The position numbers and the translations under genes are program-made. Of a stretch of 64,000 nucleotides of DNA, positions 28,361 to 37,146 are shown one piece after another; positions within the stretch are counted from its first letter, which is position 1; every line of letters starts with the position of its first letter. Location: positions 30,059 through 94,058 of the forward strand of contig CALVKK010000001.1 of NCBI GenBank assembly GCA_944332645.1. Reading direction: 5' to 3'. This stretch comes from an uncultured Bacilli bacterium. GTDB lineage: Bacteria > Bacillota_I > Bacilli_A > RF39 > UBA660. The notes beneath the pieces are model-generated. The model was not told the origin of the DNA, made no database searches, and was given only the letters and a program-made list of their open reading frames with translations.

Positions 28361-28712
28361 CTTTATATGCTTCTTTCATTGCTTTAAGTTCTATCTCGAT
28401 TTCTTCTAATGTAGCCATTTGATACTGTGGAATAATATATCCTTGAAATTCATCCCAAATTAAAATTACACCAGTTGGAATTTTTTGTACAATCGTACTT
28501 TCTTCTTGGGATTCTATTTCAGTTTCTTTACCATCAGCTAATAGTTTTATTTTTCTTGTATCTTTAATTATTGTAGTAAGAATTCCATTTTCCATAATTT
28601 GATGTACTTTTTTGTCTTCTGTCCATTCGTCAAATTTTAAAGATTGATTAACCTTTCTCCCAAAATATTGTTTTAAACTAGGTTTTAATGTATAGTACTC
28701 TACCTTTTCCAT
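28338..28712 (-). CDS. Hypothetical structural-module protein
   Basis: 124-aa ORF downstream of the capsid gene. Confidence 0.45.
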   Translation of the reverse strand: MEKVEYYTLKPSLKQYFGRKVNQSLKFDEWTEDKKVHQIMENGILTTIIKDTRKIKLLADGKETEIESQEESTIVQKIPTGVILIWDEFQGYIIPQYQMATLEEIEIELKAMKEAYKGDKNDFN

Positions 28713-28775
28713 CTTTATCCATCCTTTCTTGGTCGTGTTTGTTAGAATTGCACTAACATAATCACTAGAAACACG

Positions 28776-28796
28776 AAAAAAGGAGACTAAGCTCCT
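28776..28796 (-). terminator. Probable leaky intrinsic terminator after the major capsid gene
   Basis: On the minus strand, AGGAG-CUUAGU-CUCCU is followed by U5. Confidence 0.5.
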
Positions 28797-28798
28797 AA

Positions 28799-29764
28799 TT
28801 AAAGACTTGTTTTAATACAAACAACCTCTTTTGGTCTAACTAATAAACCACCATAAACATACAAACCTTTTTGAGCAGTTTCAAAACCATCTTGAACTTC
28901 ATAATTAACAACTTTTTCAATTTGCTCAGCAAAAGCCACAGCTTTACCAGTTCTTAAGAAGTTAAGAACCTTAGCATATTTAGTAATTTCATAATAAGTA
29001 GAAATTGATGTTTTAACAGGATTAGTAACTTCAGTATAAACATATGACCCTTCATTACCACTTCTTGTATAGTAAGTTTTACCCTCTACTACATCTTCGT
29101 CACTTGTTAAAGTATAAGTTGGTTCTAATTTAGGTAATAAGTTTTCAATAGAAATTAAAGCATTTCCATATTTGCCTAAAAATCCTTTCTTAGCCATTTC
29201 AACATTGTTAGTATATAACTCTGTTAAATTTTGACGAATTTTAGTGAAAAATCCTGGGTCAGTTTCTAAATATAATTCTTCTTTTTGTTTTACATTATTT
29301 CTATATAAAACAGTAAATCCGTCTTCTACTTTTTCAATAGCAGTAGTTTTATTAACTGAAGTACCATCAATAACTTCTACATTGCCAGCATCGACACCAT
29401 CATTAACCATTTTTGCAACATATTTGTCACCTTCTTCAGTTAATGCAATAGCACCTTCTTGGCAAATAGCTTCTAAAGCTCCTGGCACACTTTGTGCTTT
29501 ATATACATGGTCAATTCCTACATTGAAATAATACATTTGATCAAGTTCAAATTCTTGTTTTGTTACACTAGCAGGGTCTCTTTTAATAGCTTGTCCTGGT
29601 GTATATTTTCTTACTAAAGGTTTGTCTGCATTTAAAATAATTACTTTTCTTGCATTTTTAGTATCACGTTCATATTTAAAATTACAGTGATTTCTTAATG
29701 AAGTGATAGTTCTTAAGGCTCTTTCGTAGCCTTGATGCCACATTGTTTGAAGTGCAGCGTTCAT
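28799..29764 (-). CDS. Major capsid protein (HK97 fold, P22-coat-like family, tentative)
   Basis: Portal-scaffold-capsid synteny. The N-terminus is MNAALQTMWHQGYERAL. The ORF-track start is a TTG; the ATG at 29764 follows a GGAAGGGA RBS. Confidence 0.7.
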   Translation of the reverse strand: MNAALQTMWHQGYERALRTITSLRNHCNFKYERDTKNARKVIILNADKPLVRKYTPGQAIKRDPASVTKQEFELDQMYYFNVGIDHVYKAQSVPGALEAICQEGAIALTEEGDKYVAKMVNDGVDAGNVEVIDGTSVNKTTAIEKVEDGFTVLYRNNVKQKEELYLETDPGFFTKIRQNLTELYTNNVEMAKKGFLGKYGNALISIENLLPKLEPTYTLTSDEDVVEGKTYYTRSGNEGSYVYTEVTNPVKTSISTYYEITKYAKVLNFLRTGKAVAFAEQIEKVVNYEVQDGFETAQKGLYVYGGLLVRPKEVVCIKTSL

Positions 29765-29782
29765 AAAATCATTCCCTTCCAA

Positions 29783-30661
29783 TTAATTTTTCCATTTCTT
29801 CATCGATGCTAAAGCTTTTTCCCAAACGCCTGGTTTTTCCCAATCATCATCAGTTAAATTTTCAACATCTTTAGGAGAATAGAAATCCTTTATTTCTTTT
29901 TGAGCTGTAGTGTCTTGCATACTACTCATAACAGCAGGTTTTGATTTACTATCCTGTGTTTTTAAATAGAGATTATAAATATCTCCAATAGGTGTTTTAG
30001 AATTAAATTGATTTTTAAAATCTATAAAATTTTTATCATTCAAAATATCTTCTGTAGCACCCAGCTTTAAAAGATCACGCTTATTATTTTCTTTTGTTAA
30101 CTCTTGAGCTAATGAATTAAAAATAATACGCTCTCTTTCATTTAAATTTTCATATTTTTTGCTAGCCAAACGATTTGCCTCATTTAACATTGAATCGTAA
30201 CCCTCATCAATGAAATCTTGTGCATCGGCTTTTGCAAGAACTTCAATTTCCCTAGAACTTAATCCAGGTTTATAAACCTCAGGTAATTTAACACCCTCGG
30301 ATTCGTAATATTCACGAAGTTTTTTGTTTGCTTCATCAATATCACTTGCACCTAATGTGCTTTTAAGAACATTTTCGGTGTCTTTATACTTAGAGATTTC
30401 TTTTTGATATTCTCTTTCCATTCTATTTTCAACTTTACGAATTCGTGGTTTAATAATAGTTTCATTCAATTCCTCTTGATAGTCAGGATTTTCTTTTAAA
30501 AGTTCTCTAAGTGTTTTTTTAACTTCTTTTTTTTCTAATTCTTCTTCATTTGAATTAGAGGTATCAGTTAATTCTATACCTTCATCCACCATTTCTTCTG
30601 TAGTTTGTGTTTCTACATTTTCAGTTTCGTTAGTTCGTTCTAACATTTCTTCGTTTTCCAT
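29783..30661 (-). CDS. Scaffolding protein
   Basis: Acidic, helical, 292 aa, between the portal and capsid genes. Confidence 0.6.
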   Translation of the reverse strand: MENEEMLERTNETENVETQTTEEMVDEGIELTDTSNSNEEELEKKEVKKTLRELLKENPDYQEELNETIIKPRIRKVENRMEREYQKEISKYKDTENVLKSTLGASDIDEANKKLREYYESEGVKLPEVYKPGLSSREIEVLAKADAQDFIDEGYDSMLNEANRLASKKYENLNERERIIFNSLAQELTKENNKRDLLKLGATEDILNDKNFIDFKNQFNSKTPIGDIYNLYLKTQDSKSKPAVMSSMQDTTAQKEIKDFYSPKDVENLTDDDWEKPGVWEKALASMKKWKN

Positions 30662-30745
30662 TTATTCCTCCCATTTAAAGTCTGTCGACTATATATTCCA
30701 TACATTTTTGATAAGGTCGATATGTTAGACCAATAAAAAAAGCGA

Positions 30746-32470
30746 CTACATTGTTTGAGTTGCTTCATTTACCATTTGTGTACCAATTTGGGATATGTTC
30801 ATTATATCCTGTTGTCCTGCTAGTAATTGTTGAGTTCTAACTTGCATTTGTTCAGCCTGCATTTGCATCTGTTGTATTACTTGAGAACGTTCTTTTCTGC
30901 GTTTTAAAAGTTCTATTAATTTACTTCTTGGCATTGTTGAATCATCATCTAATAAACTAACATAATCCTCTAATAATTGTTGATTTTGAGGTAAGAATAA
31001 TTGTGATTGAGTTAAATTTTCTATTGATACCTCTTGTGCATATTTATCATATGCTGATTTTGGTGTAACATCAATTTTAATATTAAGTTTTAGTCTTTCT
31101 AAAACTGATTTAGGTATAATTATTAATTCTTCTACCGTTTCACCTGTCATTACATCAGTTGTCTCATTTAAAACAGTCAAATTATCAGAATATGTCTTTA
31201 ACATGTCAAAAATAATTACACCTATATCTTCAATGAATTGTAGTACATTAGCACTTTGTTCATTTAGTGGTTGTTCGCTTGCTCTTTGAACTGCCAAAAT
31301 TGCTTTACCACTAGCTTCATCAGGCTTTATTTGCCCTGTTGCCATATCTCCAGCTCCAGCTAATTCTCTTGATACCGTGATAAGCTCATTTTGTAAATTA
31401 GCAATATCTGGGCTTATTGTACCTGGGCTAGTAATTTTAAAGTACTTATCAATATCATCTGCATTAACATCGCTAACCCAAATAGTGGCACCGACCTTAT
31501 TTACAGCTTCTGGATTTTGAATTTTATCTTCATTAACAACCTTATATGGATAAGCGATATTTTTGGCAATAAATGCTCTTCTTGTGGCAGTTTTGTTGAC
31601 TTCAATTTGATTTGCTATATGTTGTTCTACCTCTCCTACTCCACGGGCACTTCCTTCGCAATCTTCCCAATTTAAATGTGCTACTGGGTAATATGTAAGT
31701 CCAGTATCTTCATCTTTTTGAATTGTGACATACTTGACTGATTCAGAGAAATGAACAGTACCTCCTTTTTTATATAAAAAGGTAACAATAGTAACCATAT
31801 CATCTACTTCTTCTCTTGAGTCGTCTCCCGATTCATCTTGAGTATAGTTATCTCCATGAATATTTAAAATTTCTTCGTCACTAACACCTTTACTTTTTGC
31901 ATATTCACGTGCATTAATAACATTAGAACGTCTTTTTATGAGTATATATGGTTGATTTTGTATTTCATCATCATTTTCATTTCCATACATGACATCAACT
32001 TTAGATTTTAATTCGATTTTTGGAACACCATCTTTTTCATTCCAATACCAATAAGCTATTATTTCGCCATTTATAGCTGACTTTCTAACCGCTTTTTTTA
32101 ATCTATAATCTAACTTATTAATTTCCCATATTTTAGAAGCCTTTTTTGTAAGCATCTCACTTGCCTTTTTAGCAACACTCCTAAATTCTTGAGACTCAAA
32201 GTTATCACTATTATAAATAATTGCATAATTTGTACTTGTAACTACGCCAACCTTATATTTGACTATCGGCTTAATATAATTAATTGAAATTAATTCTACA
32301 TTTTTATCAACGATTGCACCTTCCCATTGATCACGATTGAAAAATCTAAAATTTCGGTTAGTGTTTTCGTAATATCCTTTATTTCGCATATACATTGCAT
32401 GTTTTTCATATAATTGCCATATATCAGTTTCCATAAGTTTTGTTAAATCATCTGTTCCCATTAGTTTCAC
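30746..32470 (-). CDS. Portal protein
   Basis: 574 aa, two genes downstream of the terminase large subunit. Has an N-terminal NFRFFNRDQWEG motif and a Gln-rich C-terminus. Confidence 0.75.
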   Translation of the reverse strand: MKLMGTDDLTKLMETDIWQLYEKHAMYMRNKGYYENTNRNFRFFNRDQWEGAIVDKNVELISINYIKPIVKYKVGVVTSTNYAIIYNSDNFESQEFRSVAKKASEMLTKKASKIWEINKLDYRLKKAVRKSAINGEIIAYWYWNEKDGVPKIELKSKVDVMYGNENDDEIQNQPYILIKRRSNVINAREYAKSKGVSDEEILNIHGDNYTQDESGDDSREEVDDMVTIVTFLYKKGGTVHFSESVKYVTIQKDEDTGLTYYPVAHLNWEDCEGSARGVGEVEQHIANQIEVNKTATRRAFIAKNIAYPYKVVNEDKIQNPEAVNKVGATIWVSDVNADDIDKYFKITSPGTISPDIANLQNELITVSRELAGAGDMATGQIKPDEASGKAILAVQRASEQPLNEQSANVLQFIEDIGVIIFDMLKTYSDNLTVLNETTDVMTGETVEELIIIPKSVLERLKLNIKIDVTPKSAYDKYAQEVSIENLTQSQLFLPQNQQLLEDYVSLLDDDSTMPRSKLIELLKRRKERSQVIQQMQMQAEQMQVRTQQLLAGQQDIMNISQIGTQMVNEATQTM

Positions 32471-32724
32471 CTACTTTCAATCGATTTTTGACTTTCTTTA
32501 GTTCCATCATAATTGTTAATATTTTGCCAACTTATCTGTTCTCCTTTAGATAAACTATCTTCAAAGTTTTTGTCTTTGTTAAATATCTCTTTAACTGTTT
32601 CAGTTATTTTAGGTAATTCTATTGTTTTATTTTCTTTTAATCTTTGACCATTTTTGAGACCTAAAGTATAAGCTATTAAAATAAAAACACCCAATATGGT
32701 GCATAGTACAATAGTTTCAAACAT
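32467..32724 (-). CDS. Small membrane protein
   Basis: 85 aa with an N-terminal TM. Overlaps the portal start by 4 nt. Confidence 0.5.
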   Translation of the reverse strand: MFETIVLCTILGVFILIAYTLGLKNGQRLKENKTIELPKITETVKEIFNKDKNFEDSLSKGEQISWQNINNYDGTKESQKSIESR

Positions 32725-32873
32725 TATTTATCACTCTTTTTCTTATTCTTCTTTTTTGGATTTGTTTCTTTCAAAACTCTTTTTACTGTACTTTTGATTA
32801 CTTTATTGGTCTCTTCTTCCCCTAAAAATTCATTAGACATTGCTCTTAATTTGCGTAGCATTGCTTTTTTCAT
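32724..32873 (-). CDS. Possible 49-aa basic protein
   Basis: Hand-translated as MKKAMLRKLRAMSNEFLGEEETNKVIKSTVKRVLKETNPKKKNKKKSDK. ATGA overlap with the terL stop and TAATG overlap with the next start. Confidence 0.35.
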   Translation of the reverse strand: MKKAMLRKLRAMSNEFLGEEETNKVIKSTVKRVLKETNPKKKNKKKSDK

Positions 32874-34240
32874 ATTATAACTATCTCCTCTCCCCAATCT
32901 TTTCGTATCGGTTTCTCAAAATCTAAATCAAATGTTTTCTCAACATTTTTTATTTCTTTAGTAGGTGCTACTCTACTTACACAAAAATACCTTAATGCAT
33001 CTGTAATATGTGTTGGTTCGTGTGGCTCGGTAGCTACATCATTAGGCTCTTTTTCGTCATGTTGTAACTGTGGCAAATATTTAATTAAATTAATACAATT
33101 ATTAAATATCTTCAAATCACTATCTTCATATATTTCTCCTGTTTGTTCACTTCTTAATTTTCTTACCTTTAACCATTCTTTAACATTTAACCATCCGGCT
33201 ATTCGATTGTTACTAGCTTTAGCTAAATCAATACCCCCCTCATAAAACAATTCAGCTGTACTTTTACCAGTATCTCTATTACGATTCCATAAATCAGGTG
33301 GTGCATATATATATTTATATCTAGCCTTTCTCATATAACTTTTTAATACTTGTCTTGCTTCGCTTACTATTAAATTACTTTTATGTATTTCGTTATAAAC
33401 ATAAGCTTTTCCTTTAGTATCTATAGCAACAAAAAGGACTGCAAACATATCTAATCCATAGTCCATAGCAATATATCTATTCCAATTATCTGGTATTTCA
33501 AATGGCTCTATCACATGTATTCGCCTTTTAAATTCTGGAAAGAACATTCCATCATAAATATCCCAATCACCATATTTTAGTGCCTTTCTTTCTTTTTCTG
33601 GTAAAGCATCTAGTCTTTTTATATAGTCAGGGTCATATTCTAGCATGAATTTATTATCAGTAACTAAACTTGGAATAAATATTCTAGTTACTTCTTCTCC
33701 GGTTTCTAATTTACAGTTATGAATTACATTAGGTTCGCCTATATCTATAAATCTTTCTTTTACCCATACATGCCCAACACCACCTGGATTAGTAGAACTT
33801 TTCATTCCCTTTGGATAAGGATTAGCACCACGACATCTTGAAATCATATATGTATACATAAATTCGGTGAAATGAGTTAATTCGTCAAATCGAATTACAT
33901 CATATTCAGCTGATTGGTATTGATAAACGTCTTTTTCATATTGAATATAACCAAAATCTATAATACTGCCATTATCAAATTTCCATGTATGCTTAGAGTT
34001 ATTATAACTCGCTATTGATAATGGATAGAAATCTAAACTTACACGAATTAATGATTTTTCTAAATCAGCAAATGTGCTTCTAAATATTATCTGTTTACTT
34101 TTAGGATATTTCAAAGCATAAAGTAAAGCATCAACTAATTGTCCATAAGATTTACCACCACCAGCAGCACCACCAAATAATGTCTCAAACGCTTCTGAAT
34201 TAATAAATTTTTTTTGTTTTTTAGTAATCGATATATCCAT
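32870..34240 (-). CDS. Terminase large subunit
   Basis: Walker A is GGAAGGGKS. ATPase and nuclease halves are present. 456 aa. Confidence 0.9.
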   Translation of the reverse strand: MDISITKKQKKFINSEAFETLFGGAAGGGKSYGQLVDALLYALKYPKSKQIIFRSTFADLEKSLIRVSLDFYPLSIASYNNSKHTWKFDNGSIIDFGYIQYEKDVYQYQSAEYDVIRFDELTHFTEFMYTYMISRCRGANPYPKGMKSSTNPGGVGHVWVKERFIDIGEPNVIHNCKLETGEEVTRIFIPSLVTDNKFMLEYDPDYIKRLDALPEKERKALKYGDWDIYDGMFFPEFKRRIHVIEPFEIPDNWNRYIAMDYGLDMFAVLFVAIDTKGKAYVYNEIHKSNLIVSEARQVLKSYMRKARYKYIYAPPDLWNRNRDTGKSTAELFYEGGIDLAKASNNRIAGWLNVKEWLKVRKLRSEQTGEIYEDSDLKIFNNCINLIKYLPQLQHDEKEPNDVATEPHEPTHITDALRYFCVSRVAPTKEIKNVEKTFDLDFEKPIRKDWGEEIVII

Positions 34241-34596
34241 TACTCAACAACCTTTATATTGACTTCAAACTTATTGTTTTCTGTGCTTTCTCCATTCGCC
34301 AATCTCATCTTGTCATATAAAGTTCCAATAACTGTTGTTAAATTATTTATAGGTATATCGTTTTTATTTAATTCTTTGTCTAATTTACCTAATGCCTTAT
34401 AAATTAGTCTATCGCAATAATCAGAAAACTTTTCTTTTTTCTTTTCGTATTCTTTCGGATTGTTCGATATTATTTTTTTTACCGTCTTATCAGATATACC
34501 ACATTCTTTAGCCGTAGCATTGTAACTATTAGTAAGTGCATAACTAGCTATTACTTCTGCTATTTTCTTGTTGTCAATTTTTGTTCCTTTCGCCAT
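34240..34596 (-). CDS. Terminase small subunit
   Basis: N-terminal HTH (NATAKECGISDKTVKKII). Overlaps the terL start by 1 nt. Start taken at MAKGTK. Confidence 0.65.
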   Translation of the reverse strand: MAKGTKIDNKKIAEVIASYALTNSYNATAKECGISDKTVKKIISNNPKEYEKKKEKFSDYCDRLIYKALGKLDKELNKNDIPINNLTTVIGTLYDKMRLANGESTENNKFEVNIKVVE

Positions 34597-34805
34597 ATTA
34601 TCACTTCTTTCTAAATCTATAATATCTATACACAATATAAATTAATAACAAAATAAAAATGACTTTGAAACCATCGTCATATGTCATATTTATCACCTCT
34701 AATTATAGATACTGTACTAATGATATATCTTATACATTTTCGGCTTGTACTTCGCACCTGTCTAATTGTATAAGTAACCATTTTTATATATCATCAGTGC
34801 ACTAA

Positions 34806-35222
34806 CTACAATTTAACTCTTTTTAAATAACTATCTTTTATTAATAATTTTCCTTTTTTACCTCTATCGCTACAATGCTCTCTTTCAAACGCAGTCAATA
34901 GGTCGTTTATTCTTCTTAAATTTTCTAGATCTAAATAACCTTTTACATTTTCATCTATCATTTCACTTGTTATAGCAAGAAATATTTCGTAATCTTTAGC
35001 TTCTATTAAATGTAGATAATCGTGTGATGTATCTTGTCTTAATATCGCACCGTTCCAAAATAGATATCCCTCTCCTATTCCATATTCTTTGCTATTTCTT
35101 CTTGGCACTATAAGATGATGGTAGCTCAAGCTATTCTTTTTATCCACAGTAAAGCCCATAAAATCAAAACCTAGTTTCATTATCTTAAATTGGTTTATCA
35201 TTATCTTTGTTATTTCTCGCAT
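34806..35222 (-). CDS. HNH-like endonuclease (packaging-associated, tentative)
   Basis: YHHL...WNGAIL...HDYLH is an HH-N-H spacing. Lies upstream of terS, as in HNH-dependent cos phages. Confidence 0.4.
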   Translation of the reverse strand: MREITKIMINQFKIMKLGFDFMGFTVDKKNSLSYHHLIVPRRNSKEYGIGEGYLFWNGAILRQDTSHDYLHLIEAKDYEIFLAITSEMIDENVKGYLDLENLRRINDLLTAFEREHCSDRGKKGKLLIKDSYLKRVKL

Positions 35223-35247
35223 ATAATCACCACATTTTGGTTCTCGA

Positions 35248-35322
35248 GGCTAGAATCGAACTAGCACATTATAGGTTCAAAGCCTATTGCCTTACCGTTT
35301 GGCTACTCGAGAATATAAAAAA
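35248..35322 (-). tRNA. tRNA-Gln (anticodon UUG) with encoded CCA
   Basis: Hand-folded. Acceptor TCTCGAG/CTCGAGA (7 bp), D stem GCC/GGC, anticodon arm ATAGG-CTTTGAA-CCTAT, T arm GCTAG-TTCGATT-CTAGC, discriminator A + CCA. Confidence 0.8.
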
Positions 35323-35444
35323 GAAAAGAGGTAAACTTTTCTTAACAACCCACCTTACATACATTCGTACATGGAGTGGGCAAATATAAAAGGGGTTTTA
35401 CAATGAGATGTCTTTTAAACTATCTCACAGTATCATTATATAAC

Positions 35445-35478
35445 AAGTTTTGTGCAATTTTGTGCAATCTTTATTTTT
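35445..35478 (-). promoter_or_regulatory. Putative activator-dependent late promoter: tandem 10-bp repeats (minus strand ATTGCACAAA x2) 8 nt upstream of a TATAAT
   Basis: Repeats at 35459..35468 and 35469..35478. The -10 is at 35445..35450. No -35-like hexamer at the correct spacing. Confidence 0.4.
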
Positions 35479-35494
35479 TAACACAAAAAAAGAG

Positions 35495-35525
35495 CCTATC
35501 AATAACGATAGGCTCAACAAAGGTC
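35495..35525 (-). terminator. Strong intrinsic terminator ending the DUF2828 / tRNA-like RNA transcript
   Basis: On the minus strand, GAGCCUAUC-GUUAUU-GAUAGGCUC is followed by U7. Confidence 0.75.
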
Positions 35526-35528
35526 TTA

Positions 35529-35596
35529 TTTCTATCTTAACTGGATAGCGTCCTTAACAAACTTTTTATATTGCTGTATGACCTTTTATTTTTTAC
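35529..35596 (-). ncRNA. Stem-loop domain closed by AAAGGUC/GACCUUU, with an inner CUAUC-CAGUUAA-GAUAG hairpin
   Basis: Complementarity read directly. No family assignment. Confidence 0.3.
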
Positions 35597-35619
35597 TAAC
35601 AAATTTAACAAAGCCATTT

Positions 35620-35723
35620 TTTTATTTAGGTTGGAATCGAACCAACTACATTTTCGTTACTAGCGAAACGCTCTACCAAATGAGCTACTAATTCTTTTTG
35701 CAGTAATGGCTTTTAATATATGA
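35620..35723 (-). ncRNA. tRNA-like RNA (anticodon-position AGU) enclosed by a 9-bp outer helix; alternatively an atypical tRNA-Thr(AGU)
   Basis: D arm GCTC-ATTTGGTA-GAGC, anticodon arm TTTCG-CTAGTAA-CGAAA, T arm GTTGG-TTCGATT-CCAAC. The acceptor GAATTAG/CTAAATA has 2 mismatches. No CCA. The flanks AAAGCCATT and AATGGCTTT are complementary. Confidence 0.55.
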
Positions 35724-35757
35724 TATAACAATTCCCTATATTTCCATTATATCATAT

Positions 35758-37146
35758 TTACCCTTTAAAATCAATCTTTTTCTTGTAATTTTCAATAATT
35801 CTATCGATATATTCGTCCATATTCATAATGCCAGGTAATAGTAATAAAGATTGTAAATCGTAACCTGACATATAGATATTTCCATATTCGTCGTATTCTG
35901 GACTTGTACGATTTCTATTATTAAAATTCCACCAAATTATTTTTGTTTGTGCTCCGGCTTCTTTAAATATTTTCATAGTTTCTTCTTTAGATTGACGAGA
36001 ACCATAATCAAACTCCATATCAGACATAACAATTAAATAATCAGGAAATTTTTTCAATCCTTTCAAAATTTTCATTACAGCACCAAAATCTGTATTAGAG
36101 CAATCACCCGTATACATAGATTGATATTGTTCTTTTAATGTCTTACCTCTTATTGTCATCAATTTAGGATGTGAACTAAACGAAATTACTTGATTAGGTG
36201 CGTAAGTAGAATGCGTAGCAAGTGCATGAGCGATACTTGTTGCTTTAGAACATAAACTATTTGAATTATATAATCCACCCATTGAACCAGATGTATCTAA
36301 AACACAAATACAATTCAATGATAAACCACTTGTTTCTTGCTCTACAATTTTTTTACCAATAATATCAGCTACTTCTTCTATATTATCAGATTTCTTTACG
36401 GTTTTGTAAGCATCATGAACATTAGCTGTAGAAGTATTTACTTTTGCTTTATCTTCTTTTACTGCAATAATATATTCGCTAAATCTTTCTTTTAAATCGC
36501 TTCTAGTTGAAAATGTATGCAAATATTTTGTCATTGCTAAACTTGGAACTTGTTCAAAATTTATTTTTTCTACCAATGGATGAATGTATTTATTATTTTT
36601 GAAAATATCATCAAGAGGTGTGCCATCTTCTTTTAATTCAGCGTAAGACAATTTATATTCAACAGTTGAATCGGTTTTAATTAATGCTCTATATTCCTTT
36701 TCAGATATATTCCACATTTCACATAATGCTTTTGCTATTTTTTTATCTTTACCAGTTAGTCTTGGCATCCACTTTTTAGCTAATTCAATATGTTCTTGAT
36801 CTGTATTGCCAGATAGTACCGCCAACAAATAAGATAAATTTTTATCAGTTGGGATATGCCATAAATCATCATACCTACCAGCTGTAATAACATTATTAGG
36901 TTCTACTTCAGATAATTGCATCAATTTTCTTCCTAAATCGCGTCTACCTTGACCAAATCTAGGATCTCTCATATACATTGAAAATATTTTTTCTTTCTCA
37001 CTTTTTCCAATTCTCACTTGATCTAAATTTTTAGAGAAGAAATCAGCCATAAATAACAAGTCAATTAAATTATTACCGGTACTATTATATGCCTTATCCC
37101 CATTTTCAGTTAATTTTTCATTAAACATTTTTTCTATTTTATTCAT
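35758..37146 (-). CDS. DUF2828-type protein: helical N-terminal domain + C-terminal vWA domain with MIDAS (Ro60-like bipartite architecture)
   Basis: The N-terminal signature LTENGDKAYNSTGNNLIDLLF matches recalled DUF2828/UCP015417 proteins. The vWA MIDAS is VLDTSGSMGG, with downstream NTDF and SDMEF. Confidence 0.75.
   Translation of the reverse strand: MNKIEKMFNEKLTENGDKAYNSTGNNLIDLLFMADFFSKNLDQVRIGKSEKEKIFSMYMRDPRFGQGRRDLGRKLMQLSEVEPNNVITAGRYDDLWHIPTDKNLSYLLAVLSGNTDQEHIELAKKWMPRLTGKDKKIAKALCEMWNISEKEYRALIKTDSTVEYKLSYAELKEDGTPLDDIFKNNKYIHPLVEKINFEQVPSLAMTKYLHTFSTRSDLKERFSEYIIAVKEDKAKVNTSTANVHDAYKTVKKSDNIEEVADIIGKKIVEQETSGLSLNCICVLDTSGSMGGLYNSNSLCSKATSIAHALATHSTYAPNQVISFSSHPKLMTIRGKTLKEQYQSMYTGDCSNTDFGAVMKILKGLKKFPDYLIVMSDMEFDYGSRQSKEETMKIFKEAGAQTKIIWWNFNNRNRTSPEYDEYGNIYMSGYDLQSLLLLPGIMNMDEYIDRIIENYKKKIDFKG

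Noticed and set aside
34601-34687. 28-aa hydrophobic peptide ORF (MTYDDGFKVIFILLLIYIVYRYYRFRKK) between the HNH and terS genes
   Set aside because: It has an RBS-like AGAGGTGA, but it is very short and unsupported by conservation evidence. The region may instead hold the cos/pac site.
35207-35389. 60-aa plus-strand ORF across the tRNA-Gln region
   Set aside because: It overlaps a well-folding tRNA on the opposite strand. It has no RBS, and its sequence is an artefact of the tRNA and leader.
35620-35723. Declaring the tRNA-like element a bona fide Y RNA (YrlA homologue)
   Set aside because: In characterised YrlA RNAs the tRNA-like module is connected differently to the Ro-binding stem. I cannot verify a Ro-binding helix signature by eye. 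The call stays as tRNA-like ncRNA, with a Y-RNA-like role only as a hypothesis.
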